Source: a virus (taxonomy: Duplodnaviria; Caudoviricetes). Taken from it: a stretch of 38,876 nt of DNA. Made by a program: the position numbers and the translations under genes. The notes under the pieces were generated by a model, which saw only the letters and a program-made list of their open reading frames with translations, had not been told where the DNA came from and made no database searches. The DNA lies in IMG/VR virus record IMGVR_UViG_3300014656_006087, positions 1 to 38,876 of that record. One strand, given 5' to 3'. Positions within the stretch are counted from its first letter, which is position 1. Each line of letters starts with the position of its first letter. Below are positions 17,402-26,606 of the stretch, one piece after another.

Positions 17402-17734
17402 CTACAGCCTCCGCTCTGGCTCAACCGGAATGCCTTCTGCCAGCGTGGTGCCCTCGGGCCAGCCGTACTCGGCCACCAGCAGGTCGACCACGTCGTCGAC
17501 CAGGACCACGGTCCCATCCTCGGGCAGCGGCTCACCATCAGGAAGGATGGCCAGGGTCTTTGTCTTGATGTCGCCGGGCACATCAATGCAGCGCACAGCG
17601 GCGGCAGGGTAGCCCTCATATCCGAGGTGGCGGAAGGGGTCGGTCTGGTTGTCGCGCCCGGCGATGCTGGCCAGGGGCTTGCCCTCGCCGTCCACATAGC
17701 CGAGGTCTGTCAAGTCGAACTCTGTGTATTGCAT
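17402..17734 (-). CDS. Hypothetical acidic protein (possible fibre chaperone)
   Basis: GGAG RBS; follows the fibre genes. Confidence 0.6.
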   Translation of the reverse strand: MQYTEFDLTDLGYVDGEGKPLASIAGRDNQTDPFRHLGYEGYPAAAVRCIDVPGDIKTKTLAILPDGEPLPEDGTVVLVDDVVDLLVAEYGWPEGTTLAEGIPVEPERRL

Positions 17735-17743
17735 CTCCCCTCC

Positions 17744-18469
17744 CTACACGGGCGCGGCCTGGAGGCCGATCTTGCTGATAACGATGGAGCCGATCCCGTA
17801 TGTGGTGTTCGTGGTTGAATAGCCGATCAGGTCTCGGAGTGTGCCCCAGGTCTCACCGGAGTAGTTCCCGCAGTTGACGGCAACAGAGCGCTGAAGCTCG
17901 GGGATAGAGTCCCAACCGGTGGGTGGGACAATGGCAGAACCTGCGGTTGTGAACCCGAAGTGCGTATTCCCGGCTTTACGCCACAATGCAGCCCATAAGT
18001 TGCTTGAGGGCGTTGCAATGGGCAGAGTCGTCATGTTCGAGATAAAAGCGTTGGTATAACCAGCAATCTGCGGGCACCAGTGCCCGGTCCCTTCCATGTC
18101 AAAATCGAGAATGGCGGTACCCTGTAAATAATTGAGGCGGTTGATGTTGGCACCGAAGGCGAGTCCCCTCAAATAAAACATCATGGTCCATTCTTCGCCG
18201 TTCAAAAGCGCCGCCAACAAGGCTGCCGTGCAGGCCAGGCCTCTGCCCGCAGCCACCTGGCGAAAACCGTCAACCACGCCAGCCAGGCCGCCGAATTGCG
18301 TCAACACCTGATCCGCTCCGGGGACGCCTCCCCCAGCTCCGATCTCATTGGCTCCAGCCACGCCTTTGACATTGAGCACGAACGTTTCGGGGGTCGCCTT
18401 GTCTTCGGTGACAGGAAGGAACACCGGTAGGCCGCGCGCGGCAGCACCGGAACTATGGCACAAGAACAT
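17744..18469 (-). CDS. Putative receptor-binding / distal fibre protein
   Basis: GGAGG RBS; directly after tail fibre; G/T/N/W-rich; visibly lower GC. Confidence 0.55.
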   Translation of the reverse strand: MFLCHSSGAAARGLPVFLPVTEDKATPETFVLNVKGVAGANEIGAGGGVPGADQVLTQFGGLAGVVDGFRQVAAGRGLACTAALLAALLNGEEWTMMFYLRGLAFGANINRLNYLQGTAILDFDMEGTGHWCPQIAGYTNAFISNMTTLPIATPSSNLWAALWRKAGNTHFGFTTAGSAIVPPTGWDSIPELQRSVAVNCGNYSGETWGTLRDLIGYSTTNTTYGIGSIVISKIGLQAAPV

Positions 18470-18482
18470 AATAGCCCCTCCC

Positions 18483-20048
18483 CTACGCCCAGGCGGCGAT
18501 GTTTCCGATGATGCCAAACTGCAGCACGATGCCGACGAGTTCGGCGGGCTCGGCCATAGGTTGTGCGCCGTAGTCGTGATCGCGCGACAGGCGAAAGCGC
18601 AGCAAGTCCCCGGCGGCCGGGGTGCCCGAGGGGTTCAGCACCGCGCTGGTCGAGGATTCGATGAGCTTGTCCGCGTCGACCACGTCGCCATCCATGGTGA
18701 CGGCAACGCCCAGCGCAACGTCCAAATTTTCGCCGGGGGCCACGGCCGCGCAGGCCAAGTAGAAGCGGATGTCGTCTCCGGCCGAGCATCCTGCGGTGCC
18801 TTTGCAGAGAACCTTGGCCCGGACCATCTCGCCGTCCCAGTTGCTGGGCGCGCGGAAGTTGAAGAAGCCGTGTGTGTCCTTGACCGCGCCGGGGAACGAC
18901 AGGACATTGCGCGTCAGCTTGTTCGCGCCATCCTCGACCACGGCCAAGGCCGCGCCGTCGGTAATGGCCGGAATGACAGAGCCGCCGTCGAAGTACCCCT
19001 CCTCTACGGTGGGAGCGGCGGTAAGTGCCGCCGCCAGGTCTTCCGGCGTGACTATGGTGTTGTTGCCCACCCCGGCCAAGACATCCGCCCTGGTGGCGAT
19101 GCGGGCAAGCCCCGGTGCAGCGGTGGTGGCCAGAAGGTTCGGGTGGGCCTCCGGGTCGGTGTTGTGGGCATCGATGGGCTGTTCCACCACAGGCACCGTC
19201 TTCGGCCGCAGGTCCGTGACCGTGCCGTCGGCCGCCACGTGGGCGATCTGGGCGCAGTAGTGCGGGGTGTGGAAGGGCGCGCCTTCCGCGTAGTCCGGCA
19301 GGCCCGCTCCCTGGGCCACGAAGCGCGGGGTCCCGAGGGTGACGACGTCGGACCCCTGGGGGGCCAGGCAGACGTCCAGGTACACGTCGCAGGGCAGGGG
19401 CGCGGGAACGGCGGGGAGCTGGCCGGCCAGGGCCGCGCGGATGCCCTCCACGTAGCCCGTGCCGGGCTCGAAGTGGTAGGCGCCAGCGGCGTGCACCAGG
19501 AGCCAGCCGTCGCCCAGGAACGCGTCCCGGCCGTAAATGTCCCGGTTGGAGAGGCGCTCGCGCTCGTCGATGCCCTTGAGCCGCACGGTGAAGTCGAGCT
19601 GCCAGACCTCCGCCTCCACGGTCAGGCCGGTGAGCACCTGCGCGCCGGTGAACTGGAGCAGGAAGTTGCGGGTCAGGTTGTTGCCCGGCGTGTTCGTTCC
19701 CTCGTCGTTGGCCCGCTTCTCGATGGCGGGCAGCTCGGCCACGGCGATGAGCGTCTGGTGGGCCGAGCAGTACAGGCCCTGCCAATTGAAGGTGAAGTCG
19801 CCCACGTCCGACCCGAGCAGCACGGAGTAGACGACCTGGTTGGGGTTCACGAAGGCCCGGTACTCCGCGGGGATGTCCGCGTTATGCACCACATGCGCGG
19901 CGGGCACGGCCTGCGCTCTGTCGGCGGCCTGGGCCGGGTCCAGGCCGGGCACGTTGGCGAAGATCATGGTGTCGATGACCAGGGGCAGGCCCTGGGCCTG
20001 CAGGCTGGCGATGAGGGCCTCTCCGGCCTGGGTGATGCAGATGCTCAT
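18483..20048 (-). CDS. Tail fibre protein (collar-fibre N-terminus)
   Basis: VVYSVLLGSDVGDFTFNWQGL, WQLDFTVRL, HNTDPEAHP motifs; follows the gpI-like gene. Confidence 0.85.
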   Translation of the reverse strand: MSICITQAGEALIASLQAQGLPLVIDTMIFANVPGLDPAQAADRAQAVPAAHVVHNADIPAEYRAFVNPNQVVYSVLLGSDVGDFTFNWQGLYCSAHQTLIAVAELPAIEKRANDEGTNTPGNNLTRNFLLQFTGAQVLTGLTVEAEVWQLDFTVRLKGIDERERLSNRDIYGRDAFLGDGWLLVHAAGAYHFEPGTGYVEGIRAALAGQLPAVPAPLPCDVYLDVCLAPQGSDVVTLGTPRFVAQGAGLPDYAEGAPFHTPHYCAQIAHVAADGTVTDLRPKTVPVVEQPIDAHNTDPEAHPNLLATTAAPGLARIATRADVLAGVGNNTIVTPEDLAAALTAAPTVEEGYFDGGSVIPAITDGAALAVVEDGANKLTRNVLSFPGAVKDTHGFFNFRAPSNWDGEMVRAKVLCKGTAGCSAGDDIRFYLACAAVAPGENLDVALGVAVTMDGDVVDADKLIESSTSAVLNPSGTPAAGDLLRFRLSRDHDYGAQPMAEPAELVGIVLQFGIIGNIAAWA

Positions 20049-20647
20049 TGGCGGGCCTCCACGGTGCTGTGGTTGTCGTCAAAGGCCGCGAGGCGCACCC
20101 CCAGGGACAGGGGGGGCATGACCGCGCAGACCGTCATGTGGTCATTGTCGAAGGCGAAAATTCTGGCGGCGATGTCCGCCCGCTGCCTGGAGACGAGCCG
20201 GTAGCGGCGGCAGGTCCGGCCGTATTCCTCGATGATGATCTCGACCAGGCGCTGATTAGCGGCAAGGTCATCATCGGAGAGCACGACGCCGACCACGTCC
20301 CAATCCTGCCCGGCCATGCGCTCTTCCAGGGAGACGCCGCCCACCTCCAGGCGCTGGAAGATGCGGCCCCACCCAGCCACGCCTCCGGCGTCCTTGGCGT
20401 TGGCGTAGGCGTGGGCCACGCGCAGCCGGTAGGCGCGCTCGGGCTCGCCCTTGTAGCGTGTGACGTTGCGCTGCCACGCCAGCAGGTCCAGGATGGCGCC
20501 GGTGCAGGTGAGCGGGTCGAGCTGGCGGGCTGGCAGCGTGGCCGCCTGGCCGAGCCTGGAGAACCATTCCCGCGCGGCCGCAGCCAAGGCCCCGGTCTCC
20601 GCGCCTTCCATCCAGAAGGGGAGCTTGGGGGTGGGGGCGTCGCTCAC
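20045..20647 (-). CDS. Tail protein, P2 gpI-like
   Basis: LDLLAWQRNVTR..GE...YRLRV; follows baseplate J. Confidence 0.85.
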   Translation of the reverse strand: MSDAPTPKLPFWMEGAETGALAAAAREWFSRLGQAATLPARQLDPLTCTGAILDLLAWQRNVTRYKGEPERAYRLRVAHAYANAKDAGGVAGWGRIFQRLEVGGVSLEERMAGQDWDVVGVVLSDDDLAANQRLVEIIIEEYGRTCRRYRLVSRQRADIAARIFAFDNDHMTVCAVMPPLSLGVRLAAFDDNHSTVEARQ

Positions 20648-21837
20648 GACTCGACTCCGAGCGTCATGGACAGGTCGCCCAGGGTGGGGAGTTGCAGATA
20701 GGCGACGATGTCCTCACGCCCGAACTCCACGCTGCGCAGATCGGGCAGGCCCGCGTGCAGTTCCTCGGACAGGCGCGAGAAGCTGAACCTGGACAGGGGC
20801 AGGGTGCGCGTCACCGTGAAGGCGGTATTCTCGCGGAAGGCGCACCGGATGCGGTCTTCGACCGCCTGCAGCAGCGCCGTCACCCGTTCCTCGCTCGCGG
20901 ACGTGACGGGGAACACCGCGACCGCGAGGTCGACGGGCAGGGCGCCGATGGGCATGCAGAGCATGTCATCGCCGTGCCCATGGTTCCCGGAGTCCAGGAT
21001 GTGGGCGTTAATGGCCTCGATGAGTTCCTGCGAGGGGATGCCGCTCTCGATCATGATGTGGCAATTCGCCGTGCCGGGGCCGCGCGGGCCGTCCTTCTCG
21101 AAGAAGAGGTAGTCAATGCGGATGCCAGCGTATTTCGCGATCAGGGCCTTGTAGGCCGCGTCGTGGTGGTATTGCCCGACGGCGGCGAACTGATTCCGCG
21201 CGCGCAGGCGCAGGGCCTCGTCGTCCTCCACGTCGGCGCCGGGAGAGGTCAGCCAGTCGGCCAGGTTGGTCACGGAGACGATGCCTGGCACCGGCTTGGC
21301 CATGATGGAGTAGTACCCCGGCCCGAGGTTGTAGGCCACGCCCGGCTGCTCGGCCTGCACGGGTACGTCGAGGGAGAGCTGCCCCTCCGGGATGACCGCC
21401 TCGGCGATGGTGGCCACGGCGTAGGTCATGCCGGAAAGCTCCGGCGATTCCACGACGGTCCCGGCCGGGATGGTGATGGTGCCCGCGGCGGATGAGCGCG
21501 TGAACCGCAACGCTCCCTGGGCGCTGGTGGCCTGCTTGCGCAGCACGTCGACGCCCCAGGCAAAGATGTCGAGCCAGGCGCCGGAGGCGAAGCGCAGGAA
21601 GGTGTTCGGCAGGGCCGTGCCCACCAGCAACGAGACGAGCCATAGGGCGGGCGCCGTGACGATGGCCGAGATGAGCCGCCAGAACGGGCTCCAGGCGCTG
21701 CTGTTGGTGATGAGGCTGCCCTGGGCCGTGTTGATGACGTCCCACTCGGCCTGCATCTCGTCTTGCGTGACCGGCATGCCGGACTCGCGCAGCATCGTGG
21801 TGAACAGCTCTTTGGCGATGTCTTGGGTGCTGGCCAT
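20644..21837 (-). CDS. Baseplate J-like protein
   Basis: G.D.EDDEALRLR, PRGPGTAN motifs. Confidence 0.9.
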   Translation of the reverse strand: MASTQDIAKELFTTMLRESGMPVTQDEMQAEWDVINTAQGSLITNSSAWSPFWRLISAIVTAPALWLVSLLVGTALPNTFLRFASGAWLDIFAWGVDVLRKQATSAQGALRFTRSSAAGTITIPAGTVVESPELSGMTYAVATIAEAVIPEGQLSLDVPVQAEQPGVAYNLGPGYYSIMAKPVPGIVSVTNLADWLTSPGADVEDDEALRLRARNQFAAVGQYHHDAAYKALIAKYAGIRIDYLFFEKDGPRGPGTANCHIMIESGIPSQELIEAINAHILDSGNHGHGDDMLCMPIGALPVDLAVAVFPVTSASEERVTALLQAVEDRIRCAFRENTAFTVTRTLPLSRFSFSRLSEELHAGLPDLRSVEFGREDIVAYLQLPTLGDLSMTLGVES

Positions 21838-22161
21838 CTAAGCCTCCAGTTGCAGGCTCATGTCGCCATATTTGACCGTTCGGGCCGTGAGCCAGTACTC
21901 GCCCGGGGAGGACTCCTTGATGACGGCGGTGCCGGGCACGATCCGCTCGTCGTCGTCCACTGCGATGGTGATCTTGACGATGTTCGCGCGGCGCTTCCGC
22001 GCGTCGCGGTTGGCGATGATCTCCACCAGCAGGCCCGACTCCCGGATCATGTGCATGATGTCCTGGGCGATGGACGCCCGGCCATCCAGCAGCACGGGGT
22101 TGCCCCCGGCGTCCAGGGTCAGATCGTCCTTGGTGATGCGCAGGTCGATGTAGTCCGCCAT
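21838..22161 (-). CDS. Baseplate wedge protein (DUF2590-like)
   Basis: SIAQDIMHMIRESGL...DERIVPGT; between tape measure and J. Confidence 0.8.
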   Translation of the reverse strand: MADYIDLRITKDDLTLDAGGNPVLLDGRASIAQDIMHMIRESGLLVEIIANRDARKRRANIVKITIAVDDDERIVPGTAVIKESSPGEYWLTARTVKYGDMSLQLEA

Positions 22162-22164
22162 GCC

Positions 22165-23961
22165 TTACCCCGCTTGCAGGGCCGCCCACTCGTCAAGCTG
22201 GCCCGAGGTCATGGGCTGCTCGCTGTGGATGGTCACGCTGCCGATGGTCGTTTGCCGCGAGTTGGAACGGTTTAGTGTGGAGTTGTTGGCCAGGACGCCG
22301 CCCACGGGGATCTCCGAGGAGCGCGGCGCGTTGATGGAGGAAAGCATGGCCGGGGCCTTCGGGATTTCCGCCGACCGTGCTGCAGCCTGGGCCTTGGCTG
22401 TCACCTCGGTAGAGCTGCTGAAGCCAAACTTCTGGGAGATCCAATCCCACGTCTCGCCCAGAAGTTTAAACGGGGCCATGAGGGAGTCGATGGTCGCCAT
22501 AATGGCCTTGCCCCAGGACGTGTCCAGGAATGCCGCCTTGAGGTCGTCCCACCAGTAGATCAGCGCGCCAACGGCGGCGATCAGCGCCACGACGCCGATG
22601 ACGACCCAGATCATGGGGCAGCCGTACAGGGAGGTATTGAGCAGCCACGTCGCCGCCGTTTGCAGGAAGGTCAGCTTGCGCAGCAGGCCGAAGAGCGAGA
22701 CGGCGAGCCGGACCGGCCCGCCCAGGGCCAGCCAGGCGATCTTGTTGATCGCTATGGCCGCGGAGAGCACCCCCATGACGGCGGCCAGGGCCATGACGGT
22801 GATGGCCCCGTACCCGATCCAGCGGGCCAGATTCGGGGCGATGTCGATCCAGCGCACCATGGTCTTCATGACGTCGACCCCCTTGCCCACGAGCTTCTCA
22901 AGCGGCGGCAGGAGCTGCTGCCCGAAGGACGCGGCGAGCACGCCGATGGCCCCGGACCCCTTATGCCAAACGTCGGTCATTTTGGAGGCCATCTCCCGCG
23001 CCTTGTCCATTCCTTGGACCTTGCCGAGGGAGTCTATGCTCTTGGCCAGGCCCGTGCTGTCCGTCATGAGCTGTTTGATGAGGCTGACGGCTTCGTCCGA
23101 ACCGAAGGCCTTCTTGAGCGCGTCCGATTCGGCGACGTTGAGGGTGTCTCCGAACTTGCCCTTCAGCTTGTCGAGGATGGCCACCATGCCCAGCATGTTG
23201 CCGCCCTTGTCGGTGAACTTGAGCCCCAGCTCCTTCTGTGCGTTGCCCACACCGGCCAGGAAGGCTTTGTACTTCGTGCCGGCCTCGCTGCCGCCCATGG
23301 TGGACTGCAGCGTGCCCAGGATGGCGATTTGCTCGGAGGCGGCGATGCCCGCTGCCTTGGCGTTGGCGCCCAAGGCCGTGAAGGCGGCGCTCATCTCCGG
23401 GCCTTTGGTCTTGAACATCTGCACGGCGAGCGCCGTCTGGCCGGTGAGTTGTTCGACCCATTGCGCCTTACCCATGCGGTCGGCCTGGTCCTTGAAGATG
23501 CCGTACATGGTGCCCATGTAGCTGGTGATGACGCCGACGTCGGCCTTCGTGGCGCGGGCGAGCACGCCGGAGGCCACGGAGAATGTACCCAGCTCGTTGC
23601 CCTTCAACCCGGCGATGGCCGATTGAATGTCGTAGGAGGCGCGCACCACGTCGGCCGCGGAGCCGCCGTAGTCCATGGCGAACTGCTTCGCCGACGCCTG
23701 CAGGCTGGCCAGCGAGGAATTGTCCACGTCCAGGCTGGACACTTCACCCATGGCCCGGTTGAGGTCGATGGCCGGGGCCACCAGCTGGTGGATGCCCTGG
23801 GCCTGCGAATAGGCCCCCATAGCCCCGGTGCCGACGCGCAGAAACTGGTCATGCACAGTCTCGGTCATGCCGGTGATGGCCTTGCGCAGCTTGCCCATCT
23901 TGCTGGAAGCCTCGTCGCGCATGCCGATGGCGAACATGAGCCGTTCCAGTCGCGTCGCCAT
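22165..23961 (-). CDS. Tail tape measure protein
   Basis: Ala/Gly-rich helical protein; GSEAGTKYKAFL, AFGSDEAV motifs; hydrophobic segments. Confidence 0.9.
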   Translation of the reverse strand: MATRLERLMFAIGMRDEASSKMGKLRKAITGMTETVHDQFLRVGTGAMGAYSQAQGIHQLVAPAIDLNRAMGEVSSLDVDNSSLASLQASAKQFAMDYGGSAADVVRASYDIQSAIAGLKGNELGTFSVASGVLARATKADVGVITSYMGTMYGIFKDQADRMGKAQWVEQLTGQTALAVQMFKTKGPEMSAAFTALGANAKAAGIAASEQIAILGTLQSTMGGSEAGTKYKAFLAGVGNAQKELGLKFTDKGGNMLGMVAILDKLKGKFGDTLNVAESDALKKAFGSDEAVSLIKQLMTDSTGLAKSIDSLGKVQGMDKAREMASKMTDVWHKGSGAIGVLAASFGQQLLPPLEKLVGKGVDVMKTMVRWIDIAPNLARWIGYGAITVMALAAVMGVLSAAIAINKIAWLALGGPVRLAVSLFGLLRKLTFLQTAATWLLNTSLYGCPMIWVVIGVVALIAAVGALIYWWDDLKAAFLDTSWGKAIMATIDSLMAPFKLLGETWDWISQKFGFSSSTEVTAKAQAAARSAEIPKAPAMLSSINAPRSSEIPVGGVLANNSTLNRSNSRQTTIGSVTIHSEQPMTSGQLDEWAALQAG

Positions 23962-23964
23962 TCC

Positions 23965-24153
23965 CTACCCCCTGAACGCTCTTGCTATGCCGTTGGCCAC
24001 GGCGGTGGCCATCTTCTCCCAATAATCCTGTTCCAGGAACAGCGCCTCGGCCATGGCCTCGCCGTCCGGCTCGCGGCCCGGAAACCACCGGCGGGACAGG
24101 GTCAGCAGTTGTGACAGCCCGCTCTCGCCGATGGCCGCGGCCCGCGCCTCTAC
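23965..24153 (-). CDS. -1 frameshift extension of the tail assembly chaperone
   Basis: Open -1 frame VEARAAAIGE...WEKMATAVANGIARAFRG* beginning at CTG GGG GAG just before the chaperone stop. Confidence 0.65.
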   Translation of the reverse strand, partial: VEARAAAIGESGLSQLLTLSRRWFPGREPDGEAMAEALFLEQDYWEKMATAVANGIARAFRG

Positions 24154-24410
24154 TCCCCCAGCTCGATCTCGATGTCCGGGGTGAACTCCTCGACGAGCTT
24201 GCCTGCGATCTGCAGGCCCATGCTCGGCTTCTCCAGTGCGGACTTGAGGGCCTCGCGGTCTTCCGCCGCCACGGTGCGCAGCAGGAAGTTGCGCGCGGGG
24301 GCGATCTTGTTGCTGGGCATCAGCTCGTTCAGGTACTTGTCGTAGGCCGCGGCATCCACGTTGAACGCGATGAGCTTGCCGTCGATCTTGAGCTTGATGG
24401 TCTTGGTCAT
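24150..24410 (-). CDS. Tail assembly chaperone
   Basis: YDKYLNELMPSNKIAPARNFL motif; AGGA RBS; upstream of tape measure. Confidence 0.8.
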   Translation of the reverse strand: MTKTIKLKIDGKLIAFNVDAAAYDKYLNELMPSNKIAPARNFLLRTVAAEDREALKSALEKPSMGLQIAGKLVEEFTPDIEIELGE

Positions 24411-24447
24411 TTGGTCCTTCCTCTCGTGTTTCGGTTTTGTGGTGCCG

Positions 24448-24795
24448 TTAGCCCTGGTGGTCGCCATGATCCTTGCAGGGCAACGCGCTGTCGGCCCACC
24501 TGCACAGGCGCACGGCCATGATCTTGAGCAGCTCTCCGGAGGCGTAGCCGCTGATGCCCACCATGGCTGCCTGGAGCCCCATGGGCAGGCCGGAGGACTG
24601 CAGGAGCAGATGCACCAGTACTCCGGCAAAACCGGCGCTGATGGCGGCGTAGGCCACGGCCTTGAGACCGCACCGGCCAGCCTGCATGGAGCGCACGACG
24701 CCGCCCAGAGCAGCCAGGAGCAGCAGGGGCAGAGCGCCAGCGACATACGACCCGGCCCTCATGAGCGCGTCCGAGGCCTCGACCGGCGTGGTCAT
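24448..24795 (-). CDS. Holin (LydA-like, about 3 TM)
   Basis: Three hydrophobic segments, GISGY motif, in lysis cassette. Confidence 0.7.
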   Translation of the reverse strand: MTTPVEASDALMRAGSYVAGALPLLLLAALGGVVRSMQAGRCGLKAVAYAAISAGFAGVLVHLLLQSSGLPMGLQAAMVGISGYASGELLKIMAVRLCRWADSALPCKDHGDHQG

Positions 24796-25310
24796 TTTCC
24801 CGCCTGCGCGCCGAGCGTCTTGATGGCGCTGTCGCCGCTCTTGCTGGAGCCGAAGTAGTAGGCCAGCATCGTGATCCAGCCAGTGCCGAGCGAGCCGAGC
24901 ATGATGTTCAGGATGTCCCGCGATCCGGCGGGCGGTTCGTGAGCCACGAGCCACCCGAGAAGGCCGAAGAAGCCGAGGGTGAGGCCGACGGCAAGGGCTC
25001 TGGGAGTCCAGTCCCGGACCTCCATTTCCCGCTGCCTGGCGCTCGCCCGGTCTTCGGCGTCGATCTTGGCCAGGTCGATGCCGAGCTTCTGCATGTTGAG
25101 CTTGAATTCGTTGTCGGCCTGCTTGAGGGCAAGGAGCTGCTCCGGCGTGGCCTTGGCAAGCGCCTGGGCCGTGGCCTCCTCCGTGGAGTCCTCACCGAGC
25201 CCGAGCACGGCCTTGACCGCTGTCCCGGCCAGAGCGCCGAACGGACCGCCGATGGCCGTGCCAATGGCCGGGGCCACGGCGGCAAGGGTTGCTTTCCAGT
25301 CGAATCCCAT
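24792..25310 (-). CDS. Membrane lysis-cassette protein (holin-like)
   Basis: APAIGTAIGGP, DRASARQRE, two TM segments, YYFGSS. Confidence 0.65.
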   Translation of the reverse strand: MGFDWKATLAAVAPAIGTAIGGPFGALAGTAVKAVLGLGEDSTEEATAQALAKATPEQLLALKQADNEFKLNMQKLGIDLAKIDAEDRASARQREMEVRDWTPRALAVGLTLGFFGLLGWLVAHEPPAGSRDILNIMLGSLGTGWITMLAYYFGSSKSGDSAIKTLGAQAGK

Positions 25311-25313
25311 GGC

Positions 25314-25892
25314 CTACCCCTCCTCGTTGATGAGCTTGCGCGCTTCGTCCATGCAGACATGAACGCGGGTGCTCCAGCCGTTCTTGTTCGCTTCCCAGTT
25401 GCGGAGCGCCTGCATGTATTCAAGGCGGGCCGCACCGTAGGCGCTGATCACCGCGCCCATGAGGTCGGGCGACAGCGAGTTGGCCACGGCAGCGGTGTGC
25501 GGTCCGATCACGCCGTCAGGGTTGACCCCCAGGCGCTCCTGAAGCCGTCTCACAGCCGGGCCGCCGTTAAACACCCAATCCACGGCCATCAAGGCCAGCG
25601 GAGCGGGCAGCAGGTCGGCGTTGATGTGGTCGTAGTAGCCTTGTTCGAAAATGGCGCGGGCCTCTTCCTCGGTCAGCGCCTTCACGTCGTCGGCGGTCAG
25701 TGTGGGGTCGCTCCGGTAGCGGCGCAGGGTCGCAAGGGTCACGCCGTACTTGGTCGGGCCGCCGGGGTCGTCTGCGGCGGCCCGACAGGTGTACTTCGCG
25801 CCCCCCTCCGTATCCGGCCTCATGACTGTGAAGGCGAAGCAGGCTTCGCGGTTTGACATGCCGCCCTTCCCGGCAAGACGATGATCGCTCAT
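25314..25892 (-). CDS. Endolysin, glycoside hydrolase family 108
   Basis: EGG...DDPGGPTKYGVT, DGVIGPHT, GWSTRV; alternative start 25859. Confidence 0.85.
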   Translation of the reverse strand: MSDHRLAGKGGMSNREACFAFTVMRPDTEGGAKYTCRAAADDPGGPTKYGVTLATLRRYRSDPTLTADDVKALTEEEARAIFEQGYYDHINADLLPAPLALMAVDWVFNGGPAVRRLQERLGVNPDGVIGPHTAAVANSLSPDLMGAVISAYGAARLEYMQALRNWEANKNGWSTRVHVCMDEARKLINEEG

Positions 25893-26086
25893 TCCTCACG
25901 CTCCTTCTGGCAGCGTATGCACAGGCGGCAGCCTGGCACAGCCTGTCTCCTGGCCTCGGGTATGCGGTCTCCGCAGTTCTCGCATGTTTCGCGGCTGGGG
26001 CCGCTGGCCTGCGTCTTTCGCACGCGCGCCAAAGACTCCTCGCGGTGGATCGCCTCGCGCTCGGATGCGATGTCCGCGGAGTCCAC
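25889..26086 (-). CDS. TraR/DksA C4 zinc-finger protein
   Basis: CENCGDRIPEARRQAVPGCRLCIRCQ. Confidence 0.9.
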   Translation of the reverse strand: MDSADIASEREAIHREESLARVRKTQASGPSRETCENCGDRIPEARRQAVPGCRLCIRCQKEREE

Positions 26087-26089
26087 GGT

Positions 26090-26599
26090 CTACCCGTTGG
26101 CCTGGGTGTTCTTGGTGCCGTCGGCGCCCTCGTCGTCGTCGCTGCGCACCAGGCCCTCGGTCTCCTCGGCGGAGAGGTAGGGCACGCCGTTGATGCGCAC
26201 GAAGTCGGGGGAGGTCACCACGTACTTGACCTTGGTGAGGTGCTTTTCCCCGCCCTTCTTGTCCACGTCGAGCAGCGAGTCGATGGAGAGCTTGCAGCCG
26301 AAGGCCTCGACCTTCATCTCCTCTTCGCTGCCGGTCTTGGCGTAGAAGAGCATGTCGAAGGTTTCGAGTTCGCGGAAGCTCCCGGCAGCCTTGGCCGCCT
26401 CCATGACCAGGGACACGGCCTGCGCGTCGAGCTCAAGCTCGCCGGAGGCCTTCGTGTCGCCAGCCACCCACCCGTTCGGCACGCCGTTGTCGAGCGCGAC
26501 CTCGGTGCCGTCCTCGATGGAAAGGGTGGCCTTGTTGATGTTCATGGCGAGGTCGCCGAGACGAATGTCGAAGTTTTTTCCGCTGATGCGCTGGGCCAT
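26090..26599 (-). CDS. Tail tube protein (DUF2597-like)
   Basis: RISGKNFD...VTSPDFVRINGVPYL; follows sheath. Confidence 0.85.
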   Translation of the reverse strand: MAQRISGKNFDIRLGDLAMNINKATLSIEDGTEVALDNGVPNGWVAGDTKASGELELDAQAVSLVMEAAKAAGSFRELETFDMLFYAKTGSEEEMKVEAFGCKLSIDSLLDVDKKGGEKHLTKVKYVVTSPDFVRINGVPYLSAEETEGLVRSDDDEGADGTKNTQANG

Positions 26600-26606
26600 G
26601 GTTCAC

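Noticed and set aside
17402-20048. Diversity-generating retroelement or invertible tail-fibre cassette
   Set aside because: No reverse transcriptase, TR/VR repeat pair, invertase or flanking inverted repeats seen
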